A stretch of 64,000 bases of DNA from Lingula anatina (Eukaryota; Animalia; Brachiopoda), in assembly GCA_051362555.1 (NCBI GenBank), contig CM120649.1:13330001-13394000 (forward strand). The letters are read 5' to 3'. The position numbers and the translations under genes are program-made. Of the stretch, positions 1-16,200 are shown piece after piece; the stretch's first letter is position 1; each line of letters starts with the position of its first letter. The notes below the pieces were generated by a model. That model ran no database searches. It was not told the DNA's origin and saw only the letters and a program-made list of their open reading frames with translations.

Positions 1-282
1 TAAGACATGTTAATTATTGCTATATTTTCGTGTAATGTTGGATAAATTGAATTCATTTTTTGTCAATTAAATATCCAGTAAGAACTTGCACTTGATCTCT
101 ATTTACTGGCTTGCTCTGACTGCAGAACTGCACATATTTTACATCATATGCCGGTTTTTATTGCTAAGCTATTAATTCAAAACTGCTGTGTGTACCCATT
201 CAAATATTTATAGCATTAAGATTTTAATATCCAACCAGAACTGTGTGTATGTGACCTAATTATTTTTTTGGTGTCAATCCAG

Positions 283-3200
283 AATTGTGTGTACCTGACA
301 GAAATGGGTGAGAACATTAAGCAGGAACCAGGGGTGGTGTACGTCAAAGTGGACCACAGGTCACAGTGGGTCAAGTTACTGGACTTTGCCAAAAAGGTAA
401 GCTCATTTTTTTTAAAGGTGCAGTCAATGTAAAGAAAATAATGATAAAATTGCCAGAAACAATGTTTGGTCATTGTGATGTAATTGTGAATTAAAGCTAT
501 GATCTTAAATGACGTTTGAAAGAAAATGCCAATTTACTCATAATTTAATCTTATTTTTTATTCATTTTGATCCATATAATAATAATGATTGTTTGTACGT
601 ATTTTATCAAACATTTACCTGAATTGTGAAAAAAAAATACATGGCTTTATTCATAAAATTGTATCTCTTTTTTCAGTATGAGGCCGAAATGAAAGCCAAA
701 AGTGCTGCCCAGGATATCAATGAAGCCTTGGATACCATATCTTTGGCTTCAGAGCGTCCAGGATCTCAGTTGCTGAATGTCCCAGGACGTTCTGGCTCTC
801 AGATGGGGAGAGTTGGAGCAGCGAGGGGTGCACAGTCAAAGGGTATAGTTAAACAGGTAAATATATATATGCCTTTTTTATTTTTAAATAAAAAGAGTTT
901 TAATGTATACCTATGACCAAGTTTTGGTTAATTGAGATTTAGAATTAGAGACTCAGATGGGTCCAGAATCAAAAAAAGATCTGAAGTTGAAAGTTGGTTG
1001 TAATTTTTTTATTTACTTCAATCCAGGATAAATCTTATGTTTGTGTACATATCACGTGCATCACCCACAAATCCTTCATAAACTTGATTCTTTTGATGAT
1101 AATTATTTTCAGAAAAGCTCAGTTGAGGAAGAATACCGTTACCTGGAACATCAGCTGGATTTATTTGAAAATCTTTGCCATGTAAGTTCCTCCCAAAAAC
1201 ATACTAAATACCAAAACATCTGATTCATACAGTACCTGTACATGTTTTTTTTTTATTTATTTAAACTGTTTTAGGATTTAACTTGCACATGATCAGTTTA
1301 ATACAATGACATACAAAATTACCAAGATTTTCTCTTCAACCAAATAAAAATACATTTAAAAACAAAATGTGTTCATGTTTTCCAGGGTCGTAACGAAGTA
1401 GCCATTAAAACCATCACTCAGTTTGTGACATGGCAGCAAGTTTACAGCTGTCTTCAGGATAAGGAACTCCCGGATGCTCTGAAGGCCATCTATGTATCAC
1501 TGATCATAGGTATGATATAATATTAAAAATGCAGGACATGCAGTAATGACCCAAAGATAAATAATTTCCCCCATTGAAAAGATCGAGGCATTTGTGAATA
1601 TAAATGCATCAGTTCAAGCATGTGTAGTCAGCAATTTTAAAGGAAGTTTTTTTTTTCTGAAAATAACTGTCCCCTTTGTCCCATTAGTTGACCCAGTGGC
1701 TTAGAACCTACATGTAGATCATGTTTTGATTCACAGTGGACCTTTTCTTATAAAAAATGAGAGTTCTTTTGAAGCCTCTAATCCCCTCCCCTTACCTGCT
1801 GGCCTGCAAGTTGACTTTGTCTTTACAATTATTATGACTAGAAGCAATTTTCAATGAATATTTAATGAATATTTTTATTAAAACTGGGATGTGCCTAATC
1901 TCACAGAGGAAACTCCAATGTGTTGCTTTGTTTTCAGTTCTTTTTGTTGACATTGGGGAGAATATATCTGTTTTGGACCATGTGACCTTGACCTTTGCCT
2001 TTGAGGATATTCATGACAGCACGCCAAGGACTGATCGCAACATGTCCGGAGGCGTAAGTGTGCAGATTAAATATTTCTCTGTGAAGAAGAACAGATGGAG
2101 CTCTTTCTATAGTTAATGAAGGATATTACTTACTTCCTTGCACTTGTAAATATTTCATAACATCAAAAGAAATGGACAATACCACTAACAAATTAATACA
2201 TAAATAATAATATAAAGTACATTAAGGAAAAAAGATTTATTCTCTCATTTTTTTACGTATTTAGTATCTTCTGAGAAATGTCACCAACTGATGTATATGT
2301 ATGTAAGTATGTATGTATGTATGTATGTATGTATATAGGTGAATCATTTTTATTTTATCCTAATAACTTGCTGATTATAATTTTTCAAAATGTTTCATAT
2401 CACCCTCAGGCCACTGTTCCCCGTGATCCGACCACAGAGCAAGTGTTTCCACATCTGAAGATTTGGATTGAGTTGTTTCTTCAGCAGAACACAGACATGA
2501 CTGCCTCAGAGATAGGGCACAACCAGCTGGTGATGCAGGTAGGATTGTGTTCTGGTGTCTCAACTAACACAATTCAGTAAACTTTACCCTGGTTAGTGGT
2601 ACACCCAAGAAACACAACAGGTCTAAAACACTTTCTGATACTAAAGGCTGTGAGCTCAAAAAATGTTGTTTTCTTTTTAGTTTAATTTATTTTTTGCATA
2701 AGAAATGTAAGGACTCCAAGAACCTATATACATGTATTAGCAAATCCATTTATGGAAAGGATTTTTTTCATTGTAGACTTCATTTCATATTACTACAAAG
2801 CAATACTTTTGTCAAATTCTAGGTACTTCGGCTCATCTACCACCTGGTAAAGTACAGTTTCTATGAGAAGTTGAGTGACATCAAGAAGCTGCTGGGGCCA
2901 TTACTGAGTCTGCTAGATGGAACCAATGATAAACCTGACTTGGAGACTACAGGTGAAATCTGTTTGTTAATCACTGAATGTCTTGACCGTTAAAAATTCT
3001 ATTTGAATAAAGATTTGTTTTATTGATTTTATAATTAGGTTGATCAAATGGATTGAAGAGTAATAATCTCTTGAAGTATTTGTCTGTTTTCTGAATATAC
3101 ACACACTATAGTTATCTCTTGCATGTTGTTTATGTTTCTTTGTTTGTCATCTGTTATATTTACTTTCTTATTTCATTCAAATACTAATTTGAAAAATTTT

Positions 3201-3566
3201 GCAAAATTGTCAGACATAATTGTAAATGTTATTTTCACTGATACAGATTCAGATATAGTACTAGTATCAGCAGGATTAATTTCTGTACCTTATAATTTCA
3301 TGCTGCTGCTAAACAAATTCGTCTTATGCAAATCAAAGTATTTTTGTATAATTTTATCAATTTTAGGCAAGACAGTGGAGGAAATGAAAGCCTTGCAGTG
3401 GTACAGACAACATGGCAGATACAAGGAGAATGCTCAGACTAAGGCAGTGGTGGATGCTAAACATCAGTAAGAAATGGACCTACTTCCATTAAATAGTATA
3501 TCTTTATATTTTAAATATGCATTCACTATATGTTTTATGTATTGCAAAGAGTACAATAAACCCCTA

Positions 3567-3624
<58 letters not shown>

Positions 3625-6600
3625 GGCTTTTGTGAATTTAACAGTATTAAGACCTTGGGGTTTGTCGCACAAATGCAATTAATTACGAGAGTCAGCACAC
3701 CTTATACACTCCCACACCTAATTTTGCTGTCACACCCAACACACTGCTGTCACACCTAACACACTGCTGTCACACCCAACACACCAAGCATGAAAATAAT
3801 GTCACAGCTAACACCCAGCCTATTCCCAAACTTGAAATCATGATCAGTTTCAATCTTCCTACTTCAGAGCCATGCAAGTTATGGACTTATTTTTCAACTT
3901 GCGTTTCAACATCCGCCTGGAGCGTTTTGTCCAGATGTTCAAAGTGGTCCACAAACAGGTGCACGGCACGGCACTGGGGAGTGGGCAGGATACCTGGGCG
4001 GCACTGGCCCCCTTGCTGGAGGGGGAGTTTGATATCACCAATGACCAGGACCCAAGAGTGGACAGGTAGTCCGTCTGAGTGATTCATTGCTACATATAGT
4101 CTGTGGCAACTGAACATAGATGCTGTACTAGTAAAAATTGTTTTTTTTTTACTTACTAGTCCAATAAGGGTTGTGCTAATTTTAGTGTTTGTTTTAGATG
4201 CCTATTTCCAACATTTCTTTATTTCTTTCTGTCTTTATTTGCTTATTATTTGGACTGTTCAGTTTTGATTTGGATAATCAGTTTTATATAATTCTCCATT
4301 TTTTTTTCAAGTACGATGAAGGTGGCGCTAAGAGAGCTAGAGGCCATGTTTGAAGAGTCAGCATTCTTTAGATATGCATTTGAAGATTTTGAAGAGCTCA
4401 GGGGCAAGTCTCTCAAGGACCTGTTGCTGGTGAGTATTTTTATGATGAGTGTTGTAGACAAATATTAAACCTACATGAACACAATTAAAGAAATAATTTA
4501 TTTATAAAATGAAGTTTGAATGAAAGTTGAAGATTGATATTGATCAGACTTGTATGATACATTTTGATATGATTTTAATTTAAATAATTTATGTTAATGT
4601 AATGTGCATATGATTACCTCTAGGATTTGTCCCACTATGAGTATGACAAGATGGTGACCCAGTCCCTGTACTTGCTGACCAGGTATTTCTCAGCACATGA
4701 TAACTTGTTCAAGAGGGCAGTCCAGGCACAGGTAAGACTAGAATAACACTGACTGCTTTTATGGATATCATATTCAACATAATATAGTGTTCAGTTTTTG
4801 CTTGACTTTGCTATCAAACTAGTTTTTGTCTGTGATTAATTTTCCCATTCATGGAGTGAAATGGTGAGAAAAAGTAAAACAGCAAAAACTTGTTTTCTTA
4901 TAATAATATTTAGTTTACAGTGATCAATTTTTAGGAAGAGAGTTAAATTATACATGTAAAAAAGGAAATTATGTTATAATGGGAAAAATATAACTATTAA
5001 CATTCAAGATAAAATTAAATGAAAAATATTGTTTCAAGTTTAATGAGCCATGTTTGATATTCTTACAGGTGGTGATCACAGACAACTCTGTGAGAGTCCT
5101 GCGAGACCTGCAGAGCAAGCTTCCCTTAATGCGCCGCCTGATCCACTCCAAGATGAACGACGCCCAGATTCAGACCATGTGTTCTATCCTGGACCAGCTG
5201 AAAGAGTACTGCTGTCTGCCTGAAGATCCGGCTCAGCCCCATGGGATTAACCAGGATATTCTGTACAATCAAGGTCTGTAGAATGAGCATACTGTCACAC
5301 CCAACGCATTTCATACTGTCACACCTAACACATTTCACACTGTCACACCTTACACATTTTATACTGTCACACCCAACACACTTTTAATATACCTTTAGTT
5401 GCATCATTTCTTGCCACTTGGAGTAAATTGGAATAATTTGTACAACAAAGATACCTTACAGATAAACAAACAGCTGTAGGTAAATAAATAATGTTTGATA
5501 ATTTTGTTCATAGCTTGTAAGATTTTTATCTTGTTCTTTACAGCCATTCTAGAGGACATGTTCGACATCTTGGCCAAAGAATTTGACGTCAGTCTTGTGG
5601 TATGTACAGAAAAAATGGTCTAAAATTTTCTAATAAAGTCTTTCCTACAAAATATTTGTGTTCTACATCCATAACATAATTCTCGACATATACGATGTTC
5701 ATTACATATTAAGATTCCAATCATGGCTGGCAGTGTACTAGTACAATGAATCAGAATATAACTTTTCTGAAGGTATTGCTAGAGTTTTAGATCTTTAAGT
5801 AAATCTTGTATTTCTCCCTACATATAACCAAGTATAACTACATTTTGGCATTTTTAGAAAAATCTTTATGATAGTGTTTCATGCTAACATCTCTAGTGTA
5901 GCAAAATCATTGGATCTCTCTCCTATCTAAAGTAGATAAGGACTTTCTGGAAAAAAAGTATTCTTTTAAGGGCTGCCAGGTATAATTGGTTAGGCATAAA
6001 AAGGAAAAAAAGATCCTGAGAATTCTGTAGTGTACAGCATAGCATTTGGGTACTGGATGTTCTTTTTTTGTTAAAAGTGTACATGTTTTTGTGTGTAAGC
6101 ATAAATTGTCTTTTTTATGTTGTCTGTAAAGTGCTTTATCTTTTACAGTCCAATTTAGCAGGCGGGGTAGGTACCTAGATTACTTTTGGTGTAGGGAATT
6201 TCTTTGACAGATATGTTGCATTTACATGACATCCATGCTTGGTCTATCACTTGATTGTGGTAGTTTTGAAATTATTTCATAATTTTTATCATGGACAACT
6301 GTAAATTTTATCTAATAAATGATTTTCAGTGTTAAACTGCGACATAAAAATTGCAAATTGCATTCCCAACTCAATTTTAAATATCTTATTATTAGTCAAC
6401 TTTTCCAAAGCTGTATAAATCCAAATTAAAAGACTGGTATGATCAATTTGATGACAGGCTATACTATGAAATAAACATTGTAAATGTGACATAAAGGTGC
6501 TGCACAAAATAACTGGTACAAAGGTTTTTGGACATATGTTATATGGTGTATTACAAACTAAAATGCTGTACCATAATTTTATGCAAAACTGTTTAGTAAC

Positions 6601-9475
6601 TGTAGTCTACCCATCGTCAATCATTCCAGTGCATGCATGGTTAATTACCTATATTCCAAATTTATTGCACAAAAAATATATATTAAGAAATTATTGCACA
6701 ACAACTTTAAACCTGATTTCTGATAATAGTTGCAATTGGGAAAGCCTGAGTTTCATAGGACACTGAGAACTCACCTCTCTATTTTTCTACTTGGGCAGCA
6801 TGTTTCTGACATTTGTTGTCTTCACTAACAGGGGCGGATCCAGAGATATTTTCTGACAGTCTTCCAAATTGTCTTTGTTGGTCTATCCTCCATTACTGAC
6901 AGTCTTCTGACAGAAAAAAATTAGATGCCATCAGTGTAAACTTGTTAAATTCTGACCATCTTCTGGAAGATTCAAAAGACGGCCTCAAGGCTGCACAAAG
7001 ACATGCTGTTGGTAGAGATATAATGTTTTCAGTATACCGTAAAATTCAGCGTGATTTGGGGTAATTTCATCCTGCTTGCTTCCCACCATTGCAAGCTTAA
7101 TATAGATATACATTTTGTGTTACCATGGATGATTTGCTGTTAAATTTGTTTTATTAGACCTTATTTTATAATTGTTTTCTTCTCGTTGTCAGTGTGGTAT
7201 ATTTGTTCCTGTAATGGTCTTTGAATTAATGTAAGTTTTCGTTTCATTAAAGCTAACAGAGATATTTTATGGGAGATGTGTTGAGTATTATAGTATTAAA
7301 TGCATGCATAGATTAATATTTATCCTTTGATCAATTTTTAGTTTTTTAGATAAGTTTTTAGTTCAGGTTTATCTTTAATATAATGTTCATGGCAGTTATT
7401 TTTTATTATCAATAATTTCATAATAAAATAAGGGAAAAAGATAATTTGATAGTACTGTGCTGAAGTGTATCTCAGCAGTGATCCAAATTTGGGATATTTG
7501 CCACCAATCATCAGCAGGGTACTGGACATTTAGTGTTGCTATACAATAAAATTCCAGTACTAGATGTACATGTATCTTTTTATTTTCTGCGATATTCCAC
7601 TACGGATGTATCAGGACATTCATTCCCTAATTGATTCAGATTTTATAAGACCTGCCTACAGATTGTATTTCTTTCAGAACAATTTGTCAGAGGGATTATT
7701 TTCTTTCACTTAGCACATTTTGCCATTTGTAATTTAAATGGTTGCTCAGGTGAAATCTTGCTCTTGAGATTAAGTTCTGAAAATTTCACAAATTCATGGT
7801 TTACTGAAACAGGATAAGAACTGTATGTGAAGTGTATTAAACATTTTACAAACTATCCAGTTTGTTACCATTTTATTTTTCTTCTCCTTCAATATGGATT
7901 CAGCACCAAGACACAATTCCCACCACCTTACCATATTTGTTCTTGTTTATTTTTTTCCTTGCTCGCACAGAAATCATTTGGTGGGATGAGATTGAAACTG
8001 AAGAAAATAGAATTCAAGGACCTCACCAAGATGGCACTGCATGTGTGTGGGGGAAAATATGTGATATGTTTTGTTGGGATATGCCTTGTGTATTTATGTT
8101 GTATTTGTGCATTGCATATGTCTGAAGTTTCTGCAAGGCTCTGTAGTCTTGTTTCCAGTCAGTTTGGATGAAACCCACATTGCTGGGCTGTGTGTTTATG
8201 ACAACCTCACCATGGGAAACCATCTTTAAGTTAACTTTACATGACTTACCTCATTTACGGTGGCAGGACTTATATATATACACTGATATTGGTGTTTGGG
8301 AGATAAAGAGATTGGATATGTCGTCTATGGTGAGCTAATCATTATTGATCAGTCTCCTTAGCTGGGTTGTAGCAATATAGGCAGTTCTTAATTGACTGGA
8401 AACATGGCTTTTATCTTACTTTATTGTGTGAAACTGCAAAATATAAATTTTCAAATTTGTTTTGGCCAATTTCCCCTATTTTCTTTGGTTATTGTATTAG
8501 TTACTGTTATTGTGGTATTCAGTTGGACTGTTACAAATGTTACTTCAGATGTGACTATGGTACATTCATATTTGATGTGTGTATATATATATTATGATAA
8601 GTTTGCTTTGTTTATTTATTTATTTATTTTTTATTTTATTTTATTTATTTATTGAGAATGCTGATGAAGAGTTTGCTATTGGTATTTGGTTTCATATTCC
8701 CGCTTCTCCTGTGGCTTTAAAACTTGAAAATCTCAAACAGAAAATCTGATCAACTTTAAATTCCTTGAATTTCCGTCTTTCATTGAGTTGCTTGGTATCC
8801 GTTCACACAGATTTTAAAAACATATTCAATTTTCTAAGTCAAATCATGATGTCAAACCTGGCTTTCTGAATTCTTATACTCACCTGATGTGCAGATAGTC
8901 AATCTCTTTTTTTTATCTCTTTTTTGCTCAGTGATTTTGCTTTCAAGAAGTTATTTCATTTCTGTAAAATTATGATTTACTATAGATTTGAGAACTGTTA
9001 TGATCAACAGTGACCATCCTTGAAAATGATACTATTTTTAAATTAATTTTGTTAGTTTGGTGTTAAAGTTTTACTGTTGATCTGTTTGTATTTTTATGGA
9101 AATTAAATTTAATTTAATAATTAATCTCTGCGTATTTTGTATGGTATTACAAGGTATTATCTGTATGTATTTGTATGGAATTTAAATTAGAAATTAATTA
9201 CTGTATGTTTTGCATGGCACTGTATTACCAGGTATTATCTGTATGTATTTGTGTGGAACTTGAGTTAACAATCAATCTCTGCATATTTTCTGTGGTATTA
9301 CCAGGAGCAGTACCGTGGCCTACAGCAGGTGTTCCAGAAGGCTCTAGGACTGCTGACTGTGATGGCACGGGGTAACGCCAGCGTCCAGGAGAGGCTGTTC
9401 AACCGTCTGGACGTGTTGCTGAATGTGAAGGGGGCTGAACAGGAGCTGGGGGAGGCTTTGGCTGAGGTAGGGTAT

Positions 9476-9507
<32 letters not shown>

Positions 9508-9603
9508 GTGGTGACACAGACCATGATGCTGCTAAGATAATGGTTGAATGGATGCATGACAAAAAGACATCTAGAAGGGGTGACCTCATGAATGCAAAAT
9601 CAC

Positions 9604-9643
<40 letters not shown>

Positions 9644-12600
9644 AGTGAAAGAATCTCACAGGTTGGTACACTCAACATAGAGATAAATGATAGGTTATAG
9701 ATAGTATATTGCCATGGTCAACTTAATTCTGACTTTGGGGAATGCCTTGGTCATGTCGCAGAATATTCCTTTTTCTTCCAAATTTTCAAATTTTTGGTTT
9801 CAAAATCAGATCTCTCATGACAAGATATGGCTATATTGTCAAATTTACAATGTGGAAATGTCAGGGTTATTTAAATGTAGGTTATAATAATACTAAATCT
9901 GTTCAGATGTTTTTCTGATAGTTGTGGTCTCTCAATTTTATAAAGGGAAGGTGAAAATGTCTGAGTTATTTTAATGAAGGATAACAAATCTGTGCAGGTG
10001 TTTTACACATCTCTGTTTTCTCAGGTATTCACAGGTAACAAGATAACATGCATGAGGATAATGCCGCACCAGGTGAAGCGTGTGATGGAACTAGTGGCAC
10101 AGCACCACCTGGATGTGCCACAGTTCTTAGACCTGCTGAATGCCGTCGTCAAGGTCGAAGAGCTGGACCTGCCACTCAAACGTAACCAAGGTTACGTCAT
10201 GAAATATTTTATGGAGTACCGCACGGATGTGGCAGCCATTGTGGATAAACACAAAGACAGATGGTGAGTTGAGCGGTAAACGGATTAATATTTGAAAAAT
10301 GAAAGTGCATCAAAATTTTAGTTTTAGTTGTAAATACAGAAATATCAAGTTGACCCATGGAAACTCATTTTTGACCAAAGTTAAGGATATTGACCATATA
10401 TTTTAAAATTTATGATATACTAAATTTGCCAAATGTAGATTTTATGTCAAGAAATAAATACAATATTGTATGCAGACATAATAATGGGACAGTCAGCCGT
10501 CATTCATATCCATGATTTTTCCTATATTACTACAATTTAGTATTTGATGATAATAAAAGATATAAATTCTCTCAAAAGAGACTATAAGCACTTTCTATAC
10601 ACCTTATGTATGTGACATAAAATTTTTGACCTTTTGTCTAAGATACAGTTGACTATTTTACAATCATTACTCAAGAGACAATGAAAAAGATATTTTAGTG
10701 GTTGTCATTTATTATTTTAGTGTGGCCCTACTGACAGGAGAGAGGAACAAGGAGATGATCTACTTGCTGGCACTGGTGGATTTACTGGCTACATGCTCTG
10801 AGGTACGGTAATTACCGACTTACTCTGGATTTTCAAACTCCTTCAAAGTCGATTGTTTTAGTAGTCTAGAATATAAATCTAGAAATATGTGTACATTTTA
10901 AAAAAATCGACTGTGTTTATATATTTTTATTATAACAGGATGTTATTAGTCTTCAGGAACCTTTGTTATAATAATTTAAATTTAACAAGGTAAATTCCTT
11001 TTTCTTCCAGGGTGAGAATAGATTCATTGAGTCTATCTGCCAGACCATCTTCAGCGTGAATGAGCTTCTGGACATAATAACTGACCCCAAGATCAATAAT
11101 CATCGCAGGCGGCCATATTTGAGGTTTCTACTCTGGGTCTACGTCAACACTGCCAGCAGTCTGATCGAGATTGGAGCAGGGGACCTGCCACATGACAAGT
11201 ATGGTTATTTTTTTTCTTTTCAAACAACTAGATCATTTTAACAAGAAAACTTTATGTCCACATTTGAATTTTTATGATTAAAAATCATTCAACAATTGGT
11301 AATATCTTAAGTTTTGTTAACATAATTCCTGTTTTAAAGCAAAATGAGATTGTATGCCAATTTTGTCTGTATAGGAGAGTTTGGGACTTCATGAAAAATG
11401 TTACTCTGGAGATGGAAAAGGTGACTGAGTATGTGAAAGAAAATCAGACCAAAGCAAAGCATCAGCTGGAAATGGGACCAAGTAGAAAGTAGGTCTTTTG
11501 TGACTCTTACTAGTATACATGCTTACTTAGTATTTATTTATAATAATGTATTAGATTTTATGTGATTATGAATTCTAAAAAGTGTTGTAAGTAAAAGTTG
11601 CACATTTCGTGAATAGTATTTTTTTTCATGTAAAATGGATATCAGAATAAAAGGATTAGAAAGATAACTGTCAATAACTTGGACAGATAAATGAATATTT
11701 TCGGAGAATTGAAACGTTATATTTGATGTTTTTTCAGTGATTAATTCCTAATTATTCTCACTCTTTCCCTATTCCAGAGATGAGTTTGTAGAGTACTATC
11801 ATGGCACCTTACATTACTTCATCGAGGCTGTCTTCCCGTTCCTTCAAATCTTCTTCCGCCAGGTTTACGCCCCAGAGCCAGAAGACGAGAAACATCAGCA
11901 AGAACCAGAGATTGTGGACAAGCTAGCTACTGCTCTGGTGGTGAGAGGATTTGAATTTCTTTTTAGTTTCTTTTTCTTCTTATTTTTAGGTAAAATTGTT
12001 AAATTTGATTGAAAGTCAAAAGATTTTTAGTGGTACATAATGTGAATTGAGAAAACTGTTTTGTAGGCATTCGTTGATGTGTTAGGGGGCTTGATGAGCA
12101 ACGAAATCCATTTACAACGCATGATTGCCTGTGCCAGTGCAGTATTACCCATGTCTACAGTAGATCCAGAGGTAAGTAGGTCACCTTGACCCAGTTACAT
12201 AATTTATATCAAGACCACTTCATGGTTAATTTAGAGGTCCTGTAGAAAATTCTTGGTAAAAAAAGCAGTTCAGGTAAATTTTTTTAAGAATATGATTTTT
12301 ATTTTTAGTATTACTTTTATCACGAAAAAGACTTTTTTCAAATCCAGGAGACCCCCAGTTTGCTTATTGGGACAGTTCTTGACTATGGTGCTTTTATTAA
12401 TTATCATGCATGTACACCAAACTTGCTTATCTCCTGTGAAAAGTACAGCAGAAACATCCAGCGCAATCACATTTCACACCCTACACAATGAGTCACAGCT
12501 AACGCAATCAGCAGTCACACCCAACACAATCATAATTCACCCCCCTACAATAAACACTATCACACATTCATTTCATGTTGATTTTAAATTGCTAACCTGG

Positions 12601-13193
12601 CAGAAGACAATAAAGGTAGATTGTATACACACATGAAAACATTTTACTCAAAATAAGTTTGTGCAATGCTTTTGGTTTTCAGTGTGGATAAGTGTGACTG
12701 GATATGTTTATTCTTTCTAGAAAATAGTATGGGAACTATAACCAATTTTCACATCACTTTCTTTGAATGGGGATCTTTTTTTTTTCGACACTATTCTGTT
12801 GTTCATATCTTGTTGTTGGATGTTTATACTGGTTCACCATATTCACTTTGAATCATGGGATTAATTGTTTTTTTTTTTTCTGTCACAATTGCCAAATAAT
12901 TTATTGTTCTGATAAAAGTTGGTGGTGGTCCTTTCCAGATTAACACATCTTTATCATTTTAAACAGTAATTTATATCAGCTAAGTGATACTTTTGTATTA
13001 TGTACTTCAATATCTTAACTTTTTTCCCTTGCCACATTTTATGAACTGTACAGTTTGACAAAACTTTAATGTCTGCTAGTGGTATCCAAGCCTTTTATTA
13101 ATAACATTTTTCAAAGATGGGTATGAATTCTAAAAGTGTCTTAAAATAGTTTTCTCTCTTAGTTTTATGGCATGTTGGAGGTTACTGCAAAAA

Positions 13194-13232
<39 letters not shown>

Positions 13233-16200
13233 GTAAAAAAAAAAAAATAACAATTTTCATCTGTTGAATTAAATTGAATTTCATTAACAGTATGATTTAC
13301 CACAAATTTACCACAAATTTATCATTTAGACAGAATTCATGATTTCGAGATACACCAAAAAGATATTAGTAATGACATACATGTGTGTAGATTTTTATTT
13401 ATGGTTATTTGAAGGTTGTATTCTTTTTACGGAATACTTAAGAAAATGAGCTTAATTCAATTTAGCCCTTCACTACATGTTTCTCTATGCATTATATGTA
13501 TATTTTCCAGGTGATGCGTGAATTCCAAGAGCAGTATGGGGCAGGTGCTTCAGGGTCCAAAGTCCAAAACAAAGCCAAAGAGGTAAGTGGAAGCAGCAAG
13601 GAAGGAAATAAATTGGGAACCATAAAATTGAAAGAGACAGCGATTGTGATTGTGTTAGTGGTTATACTGATGATTGTGCCAGTGGTGAGACTGATGATTG
13701 TGGTAGTTGTGACAGTAAAGGTTGTGTTAGATATCACATAACTAATGTCATTTATTGTGTCAGAATTAATAGCTTTAAAATTACAACAATATGTTATTGG
13801 CAACAATGATGATTGTGCAGATTGTCACATCAATAATTGTGTTAGGTGTGACATTAATATTAATTGTGTTAGGTGTGTCATCAATAATTGTGTTAGGTGT
13901 GACATTAATTTTAATTGTGTTGGGTGTTCCAGAACTATATCAGGGAATACCAGGGTGAGGAAGACCTCAATATCCAGCTGAATATATTTGCGCAGAACTT
14001 CAGCATGGTGTACGGAGGCTTCAATGACGTCAAGTCACAGATTGGGTTCCCAAGCAATGAAGGTAAGATTTGACAAGGATGCTGGCTGACTCTTACACAC
14101 TTACATGAACAGGAGTGAGACATGGTTTCGTTTTTCAAGAAACATTAAATGTTGAAATATTCTATGATATGTGATTCTATGGTTCTGGTTAATTTTTTTG
14201 CACAGGAGTGAGACATGATCAGGATGGTTTTTGAAAAAACACTAAATTTTAGAATTTGTACATATGGTTTAATTTATTCTGATTGTTGGGTTAATTTCCC
14301 TTTAGAGATTTCAGTTCAGCATTACAGTCTATAGTATTACACATAATATTATAGAAAGTACAATACTCAGAATTGACAAGTCTTCACTTTTATGCATAGC
14401 ATTATACAATGTGCAACATTCATACAACATTTTTAGTCTAATAACTGTTATCAAATATTCCCTCAGACTACACAGATGTGGGTGGGGATGAGGAGCTCCC
14501 CCTGGGGAATGAGTTCCAGATGATGGTGAAGTGTTTTGAGAATACTCAGGAAGACTTGCAGCCTGCGCAGAGATATATACTGACTAGTAAACTGCTGGAA
14601 CAGCTTAGGTATGATATGAGTGTGTTAGGTGTGACAATGAAGTGTGTTAGGTGTGACAGTCAAGTGAGTGTGTTATGTGTGATAGTCAAGTAAGTATTAG
14701 GTGTGGCATAGAGATAAATGTGTTAGTTGTGACAGTTCACTGTGTGCTAGAATTGGATGTGATGATTGTGTTAGGTGAGATATTTGCATTTGTTTTGAGG
14801 ATGGTCATCATATAGTGCTGCCTGGAACCTAATTAGAAAGTGATTGCAATGATTGGGAAATCTGGGAAGCAGTTACAGTATGTATGGCTTATCTTTCTGA
14901 TTGTGAGATGGTTATAATTATTCATAATGCTAGTTGTGTGCTGTTGATTGTGTCGAGTGTAACAGTTGTGATTTTGTTTGGTCTAACATGTTGATTGTTT
15001 GCGGATACTCAGTGTGCAAATAAGAACAAATGGAAAATACTCAATATGATTTTATGTTAAGGTTTTTCTTCTGTGAGATGCTTACAAAATACCAAATAGT
15101 TGAAAATTAAACATTAAATTCTTTAATGATTTTTAATTATATATACATAGTACATATATATATATAGTATAATTACATATTCTTTGTTTCCAGAATCTCG
15201 TCCAAGTCGACACTGTCCATGGAGTCGGAGCGCATGGCCCAGGAAGTGCTGGACGTGAAGTGCCTGCAGATAATGCGTGCTCTGATACACAACCAGGTGG
15301 TGAAGTTACCTCAGGACTGGCAGAGCAACTTCCATAAACGGAAAGTAAAGAGGTATCGAAATGGAATTGTCTCTATGTCATAGATTAATGTATTTGATTA
15401 ATAATTAATTTGTAATCTGTTTGATTCCTATCCCCCCACAACCCCTCCCCTCCCCCAAAAATTGAAAAAAAAATACATGGTATGCATCTGGAAATGTTAC
15501 AATTCACCACTTAATTAGAACTTTTAAACTGCTCTTGCTGTTATATGCAGCTGTCATTATTAACCTTGATCACAAATAACATGGTTGTTATGGGTATTCT
15601 CTTTTTTTTACTTGTTATATATTTTAGATCTATCCAAAGGCTCTATGATGTCCAGACAGCATTGAATGACTTTGAAACTCCACACATTACAATGTCTCTC
15701 CTGGCCAAACCTGGTGATAACATTATCAAGGAAGTGCTCTCTCTACTGGGACTGTTGCTGTTTGGCAGTATATCCAATGTACAGGTGAGGAGTGTGTTAG
15801 GTGTGCAGATGATTGTGTTGGGATGTGCAGACAAGGATTGTGCTAGTTGTGAAGTTAAAATTGCGTTAGGTGTACTGGTTATTGTGTTGTGATGTGCAGT
15901 CGGTTTATAATTATGATATTAATAATTATTATTAGTATTAGAAGAAGTAGAAGTAGTAGCATTCTGTATCCTCATGGTTATTGATTAGTCATGGTGTACT
16001 TGAATAAAATGACATTTTTTATTTCCTTCATTATATATGTGGTTATACTATAATAACAATAATTTTAAAACAGAAATTGATTTATATTTAAAAGTCTTTA
16101 AGTTATATATATATTTATTAATTTAGCCTAGTATAGCTGACTATTTCACTGGAACTCGTGAAGAAAAGTTTTTCTTGGCAGTCAGAGAACGAATGCAGAT

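Noticed and set aside
8657-8681. Possible extra small exon (NADEEFAI) in the long channel intron
   Set aside because: Needs a rare GAG acceptor and a weak donor, and 25 nt would shift the frame.
13837-13928. Repeat-spacer look and TTAGG content suggesting CRISPR or telomeric repeats
   Set aside because: Eukaryotic intron, spacers of only 5-12 bp that are related to each other, no cas genes, and TTAGG is not tandem.
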